Shown: positions 1-9,023, counted from the first letter of the stretch. The stretch is DNA of 64,000 bases from an uncultured Bermanella sp. (GCA_913058575.1 CAJXRF010000001.1:39056-103055); one strand, 5' to 3'. Numbers and translations are program-made. The notes: generated by a model from the letters alone, not told the origin.

Positions 1-1419
1 GGAAGTTAACCTTAACCTCAAGAGAACCACAGGTAAGTAAGTATTTAGAAATCCCCATATCCACATCGCAATGCCTCTCTCTTCTTAAGCCCATACCGAA
101 ATTATTTCAGAGTTTTATAAGCTAAAAATGTAAGGCCCTCATCATAGGTAATCAACATCAATGATTGAAACTGGATCAAAATTAAAACTATCTGGCAAGA
201 ATTAATAGCTGCTGATGATTTAAGTTTCTATTGGCTCATGGCGTTCCGCAAAGGTGCCTATTATGTGTTTAGGTCTTTGTATCATTAAGCACGGAAACCC
301 TAGCGTCGGCACAAAATATTTGTCCCGCCTTTTAAGCCCGACCGTTAGCAAGTAACTAAAATATTAGTAACAACGCAAATATTGAAGTTGTTGTGACGTA
401 GATGCTGGTTGCTCAAATTTATATTGGGTTTAGGCAGGGTGTATAATGAGACAGTGGCTGTTATGCCGACAAAAAAGAATATTTCATTGAGGGAGTGTTT
501 ACACTGAGCTCAATCAATAATAATCACATGGTTTTGAAATTGAAGGGTTGTGGTAAGGGAGGTGGTTTAGAGGAGCCTCATGAAGGTCTATTCTGCATTA
601 ACGTCCAGTCATATTAATCCATTTAAAGTTAGAGTATTTAAAAAGCCGGTTTTTTGTTGTTAATATATTCTATGCCTGCACTTTTCTGGGTGTCTCGAAA
701 TTTAATTTATGGAAAGCTGACTCATAGTGATGCATGTTTTTTTAAATTAAATTATGAGTGACAGGTTGTGGTGCAATAATCTAGAACTCTAAATGTTTTT
801 ACGAATCTCTTATCGAGTTAATATTCCTCTTTTGTTTATGTTAAAGAAACCTCGTGACACGTTGACCAAGTGAATTTGATTAACTCCTAAATATGGCTGG
901 TAGTTTGGTTGTGGTTGCCGATCTATTGGGTGTTAGGGTTTTTATAGGAATTCAATATTTGTATTTTTATAAGTAATAAAACTTATCATTTTTGTTGGGA
1001 ATGTTGGTGTGATTTAAATTTAATAATCGCTCATTAAAAAAATTAATAATGTTTTTTTAAGATATGTTGATGTGAAAACTAATATGAAAGTAGTGTTTGG
1101 ATTAAAGAATGAGAATTATAAATTAAAAATAAAGTTCAAATAAAATAATAATTGTTTACATTTGTAAATTGCGGGTTTAAGTTTTAGTCAGATTTTAAAT
1201 TGCTAGGTTATTTAAAAATTATTTAAGTTTTATTTTGTGTGATATTTAAATAATTCACACTTAAATAAGTGATGTGAAAGTCGTACTAGTTAAGTGCTAA
1301 ATAGCCGTGTTACTCAATATCCTTGGCGTGTGACATATTTATCATCTACTTATTTGATAGTTGGTTTTCATTGCTTGGTGGTGTTTGTATAAATTCTAAA
1401 ATATAAAGGATTATTATCT

Positions 1420-2061
1420 GTGAATAAAAAATCAATCTCTTTTATTGCTATCGCTTCTTGCTCTATTGGTTATTTTGCTTATCTTTTAAATGCAAGCGAC
1501 AGGGATATAGGTGAGGTAGTTAGTGCAGAAATTACGCAATCAAAAAACCAAGTATCCGTAGTTGAGCCCATACAAGCTTCGGTGCAGCCGAGGAAAATAA
1601 TAGTTACGACTCCTATACAACCGCATTTTATCGACAAGAAAGAAGCAGTGCATGTTGATGAGGTTATGTTTACGGCATCTCAAAAGGCTGAAGAGTTTTT
1701 AAAGGCATCTGGTAAATTGCGGCCCGACCTGACGGGTGAAACTTATTTAGAGTTTAATGCAGCTCAATTATTTAGATTATCTAAGGGGGATACTTTTCAA
1801 CTAGATATACCAGATTTACAAATCCTTCACGAAATCGAAGTGAAAGAGGCCTATAGCGATCAATTTGGCAATAAAACCATCGAAGCACACCTGCCAAATC
1901 AAGATGTGGTATACGGATCTGTATTTACGATTAATGAGCGTGCTATCTATGCAAATGTATCTACACCTAATGGCATTTATGTAATACAAGGTAATGGTCA
2001 ATATGCTTGGATAGCTGAAACGAATGACCTAAGCAAGGAGGCAGTCATGGACCCAATGTGA
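1420..2061 (+). CDS. Membrane-anchored/exported protein; candidate chaperone or free-standing prodomain (CpaB-like) of the downstream metallopeptidase
   Basis: N-terminal hydrophobic anchor, low-complexity linker, C-terminal beta-rich domain (YANVSTPNGIYVIQGNGQYAWI) resembling prodomains of bacterial reprolysin-like peptidases; directly upstream of the peptidase. Confidence 0.5.
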   Translation: MNKKSISFIAIASCSIGYFAYLLNASDRDIGEVVSAEITQSKNQVSVVEPIQASVQPRKIIVTTPIQPHFIDKKEAVHVDEVMFTASQKAEEFLKASGKLRPDLTGETYLEFNAAQLFRLSKGDTFQLDIPDLQILHEIEVKEAYSDQFGNKTIEAHLPNQDVVYGSVFTINERAIYANVSTPNGIYVIQGNGQYAWIAETNDLSKEAVMDPM

Positions 2062-2205
2062 AATTAAACAACCGTGAAATTAAATAATCGTAAAGAAGCC
2101 ATCAATAAAAAGGTGCAGTAATCAACAGTGGTTTATTCCCTAGCAATAGGGTGGCACTTCGTGATTTCCTTTAATTTTTAATTACTACCTTTCAATTAAC
2201 TTTGA

Positions 2206-3021
2206 TTGAAAAAGCAATGTAACAATAAGGAAAATACCATGTTAAATGTGATACCCAAAAAAAACTTGTTAGGTTTAACGCTTTCTGCATTAATAAGTAC
2301 ACAAGCTTTGGCAGTAGATGTGATGATTGATGTCTATTATACGCCTGAAGCGGAAAAAAGAAGTTTTGATATTAAAACCGAAATATCAAATATGATTTCT
2401 ACATCTAACCAATATTATGCAAATAACGGATTGGAAATAGAATTAAAATTAGTCGCCGAACCTTATGGTTTATCAACTAACTATATAGCATCGGATTTAA
2501 GCGTTGATCGCTCTGCTTATGGCATCGAAAGTGTTTATAAAAATAGATCCATCCGCAACTGGAGGGATGAATACAAGGCTGATTTTGTTACAGTACTTGG
2601 ATCACGTGCCCCGTACCCTGGTGGTGGTTATATTTGTGGCATTGCAGGCGATATATATGGTATGGGAATTAATCCTACTGACTATAAAAGATATCAAAGC
2701 TATGCCTATAACATAACAGCAACTGACTGCGGAAATGCAACCATGACATTTGTTCACGAGCTTGGGCACAACATGGGGTTAGGTCACTCTGTTAAGCAAG
2801 GCGCTGTTGGCGGTGTTTATGACTACGGCGTTGGTTACGGTGTAGATTACGAGTTTTCAACCATCATGGGGTACCCTCATGAGTTTAATACAACTAATCA
2901 ATTAGCTGTCTTTTCAAACCCTGACCGTACTTGTGAGTCGAATTATGCATGTGGCCGAAGTGATGCCGATGCTCAAAAAGCACTAAAGTTAGTAACTGAA
3001 AAAATTGCCGCATTTAGATAA
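2206..3021 (+). CDS. Secreted metzincin zinc metallopeptidase (reprolysin-like, M12B-type); likely start 2239
   Basis: HELGHNMGLGH = HExxHxxGxxH zinc motif, Met-turn (FSTIMGY), signal peptide ending ALA, Cys residues typical of the family. Confidence 0.85.
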   Translation: MKKQCNNKENTMLNVIPKKNLLGLTLSALISTQALAVDVMIDVYYTPEAEKRSFDIKTEISNMISTSNQYYANNGLEIELKLVAEPYGLSTNYIASDLSVDRSAYGIESVYKNRSIRNWRDEYKADFVTVLGSRAPYPGGGYICGIAGDIYGMGINPTDYKRYQSYAYNITATDCGNATMTFVHELGHNMGLGHSVKQGAVGGVYDYGVGYGVDYEFSTIMGYPHEFNTTNQLAVFSNPDRTCESNYACGRSDADAQKALKLVTEKIAAFR

Positions 3022-3042
3022 TCGGTAGATTATTTATTTAAT

Positions 3043-3070
3043 AAGGGTCTTAATATAAAGGCCCTTGTTT
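3043..3070 (+). terminator. Probable intrinsic terminator after the peptidase
   Basis: aagggtctt-loop-aaggccctt stem followed by gtttacatttttt. Confidence 0.4.
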
Positions 3071-3816
3071 ACATTTTTTAATACTTTTCTCCGTTCCGCA
3101 CAGTAAAAAATGCTATTTTTTTACTTAATCTATCGAGCAAGTTATCAAGTTGGCATATATATAAATGGCATGGTCTCTTTGATCGAGTGAAAGTACGGTA
3201 TCTGTGGATACTTTGAAAAAGAGCAAGATTTCGAAGCTTATGCTATGGGTTAATAGCTTGGTCTCATTCTGCCTGTAGTCCGCTTGACTAGAAAAAACAT
3301 ATCGTTACTTTAAAACCATAACCAGTTCGTTGCATGGTTAAGAAACTCTTGTAGGTTCTCAAAAAGATATTTACTTAGCCTAAATCGACGCGAGTTTTCT
3401 ATACATTCTGTAGCTTCACAAGATGGCGAGCTTTTATCAAGAAATTTAATGACGATGACCACAGCCATATTATTAATAACTGCGATAGCTCATTGGGCTT
3501 GCCCGTCTAATTAATACAGGAAAGATCGTAAGCGCTTAGAGTAGCTCCTAGGATTAGACATTAATACTCACCTGTAGCTTAAAGAGAAATTCAAATGTAT
3601 TGATTGCTTTAGGCTGAGTGGTGCCTGCTGCGTTACTAGCTGGGTTAAAGGTTGTTCAGTTTTGGGGTTATTGAGACCCTTTGGATACTGCTTTATCCAG
3701 TTTACGTAGGTTTATAATGTATTTCGCCGGCGATGTCAGAAATGGATATCATTGCGAGCTTTGTTTAAATTTTGGGCAGTTGGTTAAGGGGGCAGTATAT
3801 GGTTATACCACCATGA

Positions 3817-3990
3817 ATTAGCAGACCCCAAAAGTTAAATGAGGCCTCTAAACTGCGAGGTGAGGTGATCCATCGGGCAGTTACAGACAAGCAAGGCGGC
3901 CATCCTGTAAAGAAAGATAATCTACAAAAGTGTATTCGTTTCCTTAATTCGCTTACAAATACAATGGATTCTCAATTAGAAAGGGTTTAA
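3817..3990 (+). pseudogene. Start-less fragment resembling the C-terminus of a HEPN-family protein
   Basis: Stop-to-stop frame reads KLNEASKLRGEVIHRA...VKKDNLQKCIRFLNSLTNTMDSQL, with an R-x4-H motif; upstream frames are broken by stops. Confidence 0.35.
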
Positions 3991-4087
3991 ATAGAATACT
4001 TAGAATGGCTAGAATAACTAGCAGTGCTACTATAATGTGGCCAGTGCGGCCATTGTATGCGAGCAGGAACACGCATGAGATCTGAGA

Positions 4088-4139
4088 AAAGATGGTCTCC
4101 CCACCAGGACTCGAACCTGGAGCAGCCGCTTAGGAGGCG
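4088..4139. repeat. Left att core: 52-bp direct repeat, 3' part of tRNA-Arg(CCT)
   Basis: aaagatggtctccccaccaggactcgaacctggagcagccgcttaggaggcg is identical at 4088-4139 and 38896-38947. Confidence 0.97.
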
Positions 4140-4185
4140 TCTTGTAAAGTGGCTGAATAGCCCGTAAATACAGGGCTATTGTGTT

Positions 4186-4887
4186 TTAAGGTTCAAATGT
4201 GACACTATTTGTGACACTTTTGGGGTCTTTCGCCTCTTTTGGGTCTGCACTGTGCTTTGTTGCTTCATTTTTCTTGATAGCCATGGCTTGCGCACTTCTT
4301 TCTAAGTTACTGGGCACAATTGATATTAATCCCCTAGGCATTACCAGATCTTTTTCGCCTATCAACTTAACGGCCAAGTTGACTGAAAAGTAAGTGACAA
4401 AAATGAAAATAGGGATTTGAAAAGCTCTAACCAATGTTAAATTTATCTTATGCTTAATATCAGTATTTTTTTTGTAGGCATCCATCTCCATATCTTTTCT
4501 TATTTCATTATTACTTTCTAGTACAGATTTTTTAAATACATCCACACTGCCAATTGTAGTTTTATGCGATATGTAAACTTTAGATAATGATTGTAGACCA
4601 TCACTTACAATGTTTAGTTTTTTAGAAATTTTTTCGCAATCTTTTATAAATACACCAGGGTCGTGATTTACTTCTTGCTGTAGATTCAATATAAAAGTTT
4701 TTGTTTGATTGCATGTTTGTATTGATTCATGAATTAGTTTTAAATTATCTAAAATTTCATTATGTATTCTTACAGTGTCATCCTGATATTTAAGCTTGTC
4801 ATAAAGATTAACAAAACCCAGTTGTACTCTTCTAGTTAGTTGTACAAAGGGTGATGCGTTATAGTTATCCATTTTTATTTCCCTCAA
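4186..4887 (-). CDS. Hypothetical accessory protein (coiled coil plus C-terminal TM segment); likely start at MDNYN
   Basis: 233-aa AT-rich ORF; hydrophobic stretch QIPIFIFVTYFSVNLAVKLI; its 3' end runs through the arm repeats. Confidence 0.6.
   Translation of the reverse strand: MREIKMDNYNASPFVQLTRRVQLGFVNLYDKLKYQDDTVRIHNEILDNLKLIHESIQTCNQTKTFILNLQQEVNHDPGVFIKDCEKISKKLNIVSDGLQSLSKVYISHKTTIGSVDVFKKSVLESNNEIRKDMEMDAYKKNTDIKHKINLTLVRAFQIPIFIFVTYFSVNLAVKLIGEKDLVMPRGLISIVPSNLERSAQAMAIKKNEATKHSADPKEAKDPKSVTNSVTFEP
4198..4218 (+). promoter_or_regulatory. Two TGTGACACT direct repeats; candidate integrase arm-binding sites
   Basis: Copies at 4198 and 4210, about 60 bp inside the left att core; the same 9-mer occurs four times inside the right att. 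Confidence 0.75.
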
Positions 4888-4943
4888 TAAATAAACAGCA
4901 TTTTTTGGCTGGATTGTTTTGTATCAAAATATTTCTTAGTAGT
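4888..4943 (-). repeat. Degenerate copy of the integrase 3' end
   Basis: 49/57 aligned positions identical to 6158-6214, including an identical 19-mer tggctggattgttttgtat (4906-4924 = 6177-6195). Reads TTKKYFDTKQSSQK versus int TTMKYFNTKQSSQK. Confidence 0.9.
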
Positions 4944-4969
4944 TTTACATTTGACTAATTACTATAGAT

Positions 4970-6097
4970 TTAAACGTCAGTAGGCTCTAAAGATTTAGTT
5001 TCGGCTGAGTAAGATTTTTTATTTGCGTAAATACCACCGACTATTCTAGGCTCTATAAATATAACTTTTCTTTTTTCAGCCCCTGGTCCATAAGGCTGCA
5101 TTCTGAAATGACCTTTTCTCCAGTGAGCTTTTTTTGGGCTACTTTTATGGCTATGCGCAATTTCATTGACTGAAGAGTACACGACGTTATCTTCAGGTTT
5201 GATTATTACTCTGTTATAAGTTCTTCGAAGTTTCTTTTCATATTTTTTTAACTTACCTGGGCTTTTCAAGGATTTGATCTTTTTCTCAATTTCACTTCTT
5301 TCATTGAATGCTGTATCTCTATATTGCTTACTATTAATAAAAAGTAGAACTTTAGCCATGTGGTTGAGAGCTTTTGATAAGTATGGTAGATCATTTGCGA
5401 AATCAGAGTCTGAGCCGTATTGTTCCTCAATAAATTTTAGTTGACTATTTATGGTGGTGTTATCTTGATGAATCATAAGGCTTTGTACCCTAAGAGAGTC
5501 ATCACTGTTGGAACTTTTTCCCAAAGGTGAGCCGGTAAACATGAGGTCTAGGACACGGAGTTCTTTAGATTGGTCAACAATTGGGTGTAGACTGTAAGCA
5601 TTCATCTCTTCTGTATCTGGATGTATTACAGTTTCAGAAATATAAACACCTTCTAATATATGATCACCACTTTCTTCGTTATACATATGTAAAGAAGAAC
5701 ATCTTTCTTCTGTAAACTCTATGTAACAACTTTTAAATGGGGGCCTGAGATAGGATAGTGGTATATCGTCACCAATGTCGGTGGCTTCCAATAGTTTATC
5801 AATCTCGTTTGAGGTGGTAAGAATATTACCCTTCATAGACCTGTATTTATATGGGTGTAATAGTGATGATATTAATGTTCCTGCTTCATGGCGAGTCATT
5901 TCACTACTGGTATAGGTTTTTACAAAATCTTCATTATTTTCTTCTATCAGAGCGTACAAATAGTCAATCGTACACTTGGTTATATCAATATCTTCAAAAA
6001 TTGAATCAAAAAATTTATATAGATTCATTAAATATTTTTCTTTAACCTCTTCACATATGGATCTAATTGGGTGAGGTAATTTATATGTAATATCCAT
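4970..6097 (-). CDS. Hypothetical accessory protein with C-terminal HWRKGHFRxQxYGPG motif
   Basis: 375-aa ORF; the basic C-terminal motif is one I recognise from uncharacterised mobile-element proteins; no function assignable. Confidence 0.75.
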   Translation of the reverse strand: MDITYKLPHPIRSICEEVKEKYLMNLYKFFDSIFEDIDITKCTIDYLYALIEENNEDFVKTYTSSEMTRHEAGTLISSLLHPYKYRSMKGNILTTSNEIDKLLEATDIGDDIPLSYLRPPFKSCYIEFTEERCSSLHMYNEESGDHILEGVYISETVIHPDTEEMNAYSLHPIVDQSKELRVLDLMFTGSPLGKSSNSDDSLRVQSLMIHQDNTTINSQLKFIEEQYGSDSDFANDLPYLSKALNHMAKVLLFINSKQYRDTAFNERSEIEKKIKSLKSPGKLKKYEKKLRRTYNRVIIKPEDNVVYSSVNEIAHSHKSSPKKAHWRKGHFRMQPYGPGAEKRKVIFIEPRIVGGIYANKKSYSAETKSLEPTDV

Positions 6098-6148
6098 TAT
6101 TAATGTAATCCTTTTAATGTTAGCTAAAGTATTTGTTAGGAATGCAAG

Positions 6149-7333
6149 TCACCCTAGTAAATCCACAGCGCTTTTCTGGCTGGATTGTTTTGTATTAAAA
6201 TATTTCATTGTAGTGGCTAGGTCCGAGTGGTCGGCTAGGTGTTGAACTTGTACTGGTGGCACGCCTTCATTTAAAAGCCAGGTAATATAAGTGGCTCTAA
6301 TTCCCCAGTGAAAAGGCTTCACGCTTTTTGATAGTCCTAGTTCATTACAGGCTGCGCGCATGGGTTTTGATAAGTTTGCGCTGGTAGAATGCCAAGGTTT
6401 GCCGTTTCCCTTGTCTAAAAAATAACGTTCGCTTGCATCTCTGTTGGCCAAGTCTTCTTTTAGGAAATTCATTAGGGTTTTATTAATGGGTTTATTTGGC
6501 CACTTCATCCCCTTGGGCTTCCAGCCTAATTCTTCGTTCTCTTTTATGTGAACAAAGCCTTTCTCTAAATCTATGTTTTCAAGCTTTAATGCCCAAATGT
6601 GCCCAACGCGTACCAATGTATGACGGGCCAGCATGAATGCTCTGAATAAGTTTTTATTCTGGCGTGTAATGCGAGGGTCATTTTTTTCGTTGAATTTTTC
6701 TTCAAGGTACTTGGCCAAAGAATCCACTTCATCCTGGGTGAATGTTTCCATTTCCTTTTGCGGTACTTTAGACTTTTTAAGATGAAAGCGTTTTTCTAGA
6801 TATTCATTGTCATACGCCCAGTTTAAAAAGTTCTGCAATTGGCGCATGTGTTGGTTTTGTGTGGCTGGCCCAATGACTTCTTTGGTGCGCTTGTTTTTGT
6901 GTTTGGTTAGCGCGGTAAAAAAAGAAATGTTTTTGTCTCGGTCAAAGTCACTTAGGCGGTGATTTTTAACGGTGTCTAAATATAAATCAATGGTGAATTT
7001 ATAAGTTTTGTGAGTCTTGGGGCTTTGGGTTGATTTAATTTCTTCTAACCAAATATTAGAGGCTTCATTAAAGGTGGCGGTGCGGCGTTTACGTTTTACG
7101 CCATCCACGGTTTGGCGTGTTTTTAAAAGCCCTTGTCTTAGTTCTAGTTCCTTATCTGTATAGAGCTTATTTAGGTGTCTTAGCCTTTCATCTTCAGGGA
7201 TTAATTGTAAATCAGATTTTTTACACAGTACGCGACGAATACCACGGCGACCAGGTACATGCCCACGCTCGAAGTCATCAGGATAGACCCCCAATATAGA
7301 ATCACCACGATAAATATAATTTTTACGGGACAT
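6149..7333 (-). CDS. int: Tyrosine recombinase (phage integrase)
   Basis: Catalytic residues in order: R (LVRVGHI), H-x-x-x-R variant (HWGIRAT), H (LADHS), Y (TMKYF); N-terminal SAM-like core-binding region. Confidence 0.95.
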   Translation of the reverse strand: MSRKNYIYRGDSILGVYPDDFERGHVPGRRGIRRVLCKKSDLQLIPEDERLRHLNKLYTDKELELRQGLLKTRQTVDGVKRKRRTATFNEASNIWLEEIKSTQSPKTHKTYKFTIDLYLDTVKNHRLSDFDRDKNISFFTALTKHKNKRTKEVIGPATQNQHMRQLQNFLNWAYDNEYLEKRFHLKKSKVPQKEMETFTQDEVDSLAKYLEEKFNEKNDPRITRQNKNLFRAFMLARHTLVRVGHIWALKLENIDLEKGFVHIKENEELGWKPKGMKWPNKPINKTLMNFLKEDLANRDASERYFLDKGNGKPWHSTSANLSKPMRAACNELGLSKSVKPFHWGIRATYITWLLNEGVPPVQVQHLADHSDLATTMKYFNTKQSSQKSAVDLLG

Positions 7334-7364
7334 TTATAAGCTCCTGGTAGGACTTAGATTGATC

Positions 7365-8492
7365 TCATTCATCTGGTGATCCTTCTTCCCTATACAATTT
7401 TTGTAGGTGCTTTAGCATCATTCTTTCTTTATTAGATAGAGATTTTTCTTCTTTATCCTCCAGTTCTTTCATATAAACAGTAATTACTGTTTCCTCATTC
7501 CCATTTGAAATATTTTTCCGTCTTTCTTGTTCTTTTACTGATTCCCAAATCAATGTTTTGAAATCTGTTGTTGATGTCAAATAAATGAGATTATTTGGAA
7601 TTGTGATTCTTATATGGCCTCTTTCACCAATTAATTTTATTCTGGTTGAGGTTCCAACACCCGTAAATAAAATAGTGGCATTTTTAATTAGGCATGTATT
7701 GGCGTTGCATATAGATTCGCTTGATAGTTTTTGTTCATAGTGGAAGTCTAATTCAGTCTTTAAGTGTTTTTTAGAGACAGTGATGTCTGAGTTTAACTGG
7801 CGAATACTCATAATCTCAAATGTTTTCTCTGTAATTCCAGAGCTTAACTGTCCCAATAAAAGAGGTATGAGGTAGATTAATATGAAAAAAAGTAATTTTA
7901 TAAAGTTCACATTTTTAGAATTTGAGTGACTGCCTTTCAAGTGGTTTAGCCATTTATCATTTACGAATGTAGCTGAGAATATATTTGTTAGTAGTAGTAG
8001 AGATGCAATAGCGGAGAAGTTTATAAGTATAGTAACTGGTGAATAGTCTTCTATTGCTATAAAAAGAAGAAATACGATATTGGATAGGATGCCAGTCTGG
8101 ATTATGTAGTGCTGAATTTTCAGTTTTGGAACGTGGTAACCATTACTTCCTGATGTAGTTATTTTGTTAGTGACCCAGTGAATCAACCAGTTAAAAAAGG
8201 CTAACCAAGTAATCGCTGCTGTGAAGAAACCAAATGAAACAAAACTATAAAATAATGTAAATATAATACAGACGGAAATAAAAAATAGTGTATCTGATAG
8301 TGTTAATCCTGAAGGGTAGAAGCCTATGGATATACAGTAAATCATAACCAAAAGTATCCCTACACTAGCAAATACGAGGTAAGGCAATTTGGGGTGTCTT
8401 TTAATAATTGAGCCGAGATACTGCTCAAAACTCTCTTCTGGCTGAGCGTTTGACGCCGCACCACCGTTTAGAATAATATTTTTGGGTTCCAT
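7365..8492 (-). CDS. Multi-pass membrane protein, unknown function (lysogenic-transcript accessory gene)
   Basis: About 6-7 hydrophobic segments in the first 220 aa, then a soluble C-terminal region; AT-rich; lies between cI and int. Confidence 0.75.
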   Translation of the reverse strand: MEPKNIILNGGAASNAQPEESFEQYLGSIIKRHPKLPYLVFASVGILLVMIYCISIGFYPSGLTLSDTLFFISVCIIFTLFYSFVSFGFFTAAITWLAFFNWLIHWVTNKITTSGSNGYHVPKLKIQHYIIQTGILSNIVFLLFIAIEDYSPVTILINFSAIASLLLLTNIFSATFVNDKWLNHLKGSHSNSKNVNFIKLLFFILIYLIPLLLGQLSSGITEKTFEIMSIRQLNSDITVSKKHLKTELDFHYEQKLSSESICNANTCLIKNATILFTGVGTSTRIKLIGERGHIRITIPNNLIYLTSTTDFKTLIWESVKEQERRKNISNGNEETVITVYMKELEDKEEKSLSNKERMMLKHLQKLYREEGSPDE

Positions 8493-8504
8493 GATTGTAA
8501 TCCC

Positions 8505-9023
8505 TTAACTAGCTTTAGCTTTATTTCTTGCGTTATTCTCACGCATTAACTTACGCCATTCCTTGACGGTCATTACCTCGCCTGTTTCAGTTCTGGTTAT
8601 AGAGTCGTTAATAATTCTGTCTATTCTAAATTCACGTGAGTCTTCGCGTTCTTCACACCAGCCTTTGATATTTCCAGTAATGCCTGTTGAAACTTGAACT
8701 GTGTAGAAACCTTGAATTCCTTCACCAGTTCGGTATTCAAAATTAATGGTGTCCATAGATTGACGTGAGTGGGCAGGGCGTTTTGGCTTATAAGTGCTGG
8801 TGCTGGTGCTGGTGCTGGTGCTGGTGCTGGTGCTGGTGCTGGTGCTGGTGCTAGGTGTGTTTTTATTTTTTTCTTTGTGTTGATCCCATAGCATTTGAAG
8901 GCCAACTAAAAAGAATGCTATTCCAATGCCTATAGCCCATCCAGTGCCGCCAAATATTCCAGCTATGAGAGCAAAGAAAAGTGATCCACCTAGTATAAAT
9001 TTGAATGTAAATTCATTATTCAT
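8505..9023 (-). CDS. Membrane-anchored protein with Ser-Thr linker and WYL-like C-terminal domain
   Basis: Two N-terminal TM helices, (ST)10 linker, then INFEY...IKGWCEEREDSREFRIDRI matching the WYL pattern (xYCxxRxxxRxFRxDRI). Confidence 0.7.
   Translation of the reverse strand: MNNEFTFKFILGGSLFFALIAGIFGGTGWAIGIGIAFFLVGLQMLWDQHKEKNKNTPSTSTSTSTSTSTSTSTSTSTYKPKRPAHSRQSMDTINFEYRTGEGIQGFYTVQVSTGITGNIKGWCEEREDSREFRIDRIINDSITRTETGEVMTVKEWRKLMRENNARNKAKAS
8794..8852. repeat. Hexamer tandem repeat (GTGCTG)x9.8, in frame, encoding Ser-Thr
   Basis: Nine perfect copies plus GTGCT, counted directly. Confidence 0.97.

Noticed and set aside
2058-2089. 16-bp tandem duplication (gtgaaattaaacaacc / gtgaaattaaataatc) at the stop of the 213-aa gene
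   Set aside because: Two imperfect AT-rich copies; most simply a slippage event, with no functional evidence.
4906-4935. Int-relic core as a XerCD dif site
   Set aside because: No match to the 11-6-11 dif consensus (no TTATGTTAAAT arm) on either strand.
8621-8905. 94-aa ORF with poly(Pro-Ala)
   Set aside because: Alternative frame of the same hexamer repeat inside the WYL-like gene; no independent RBS or domain.
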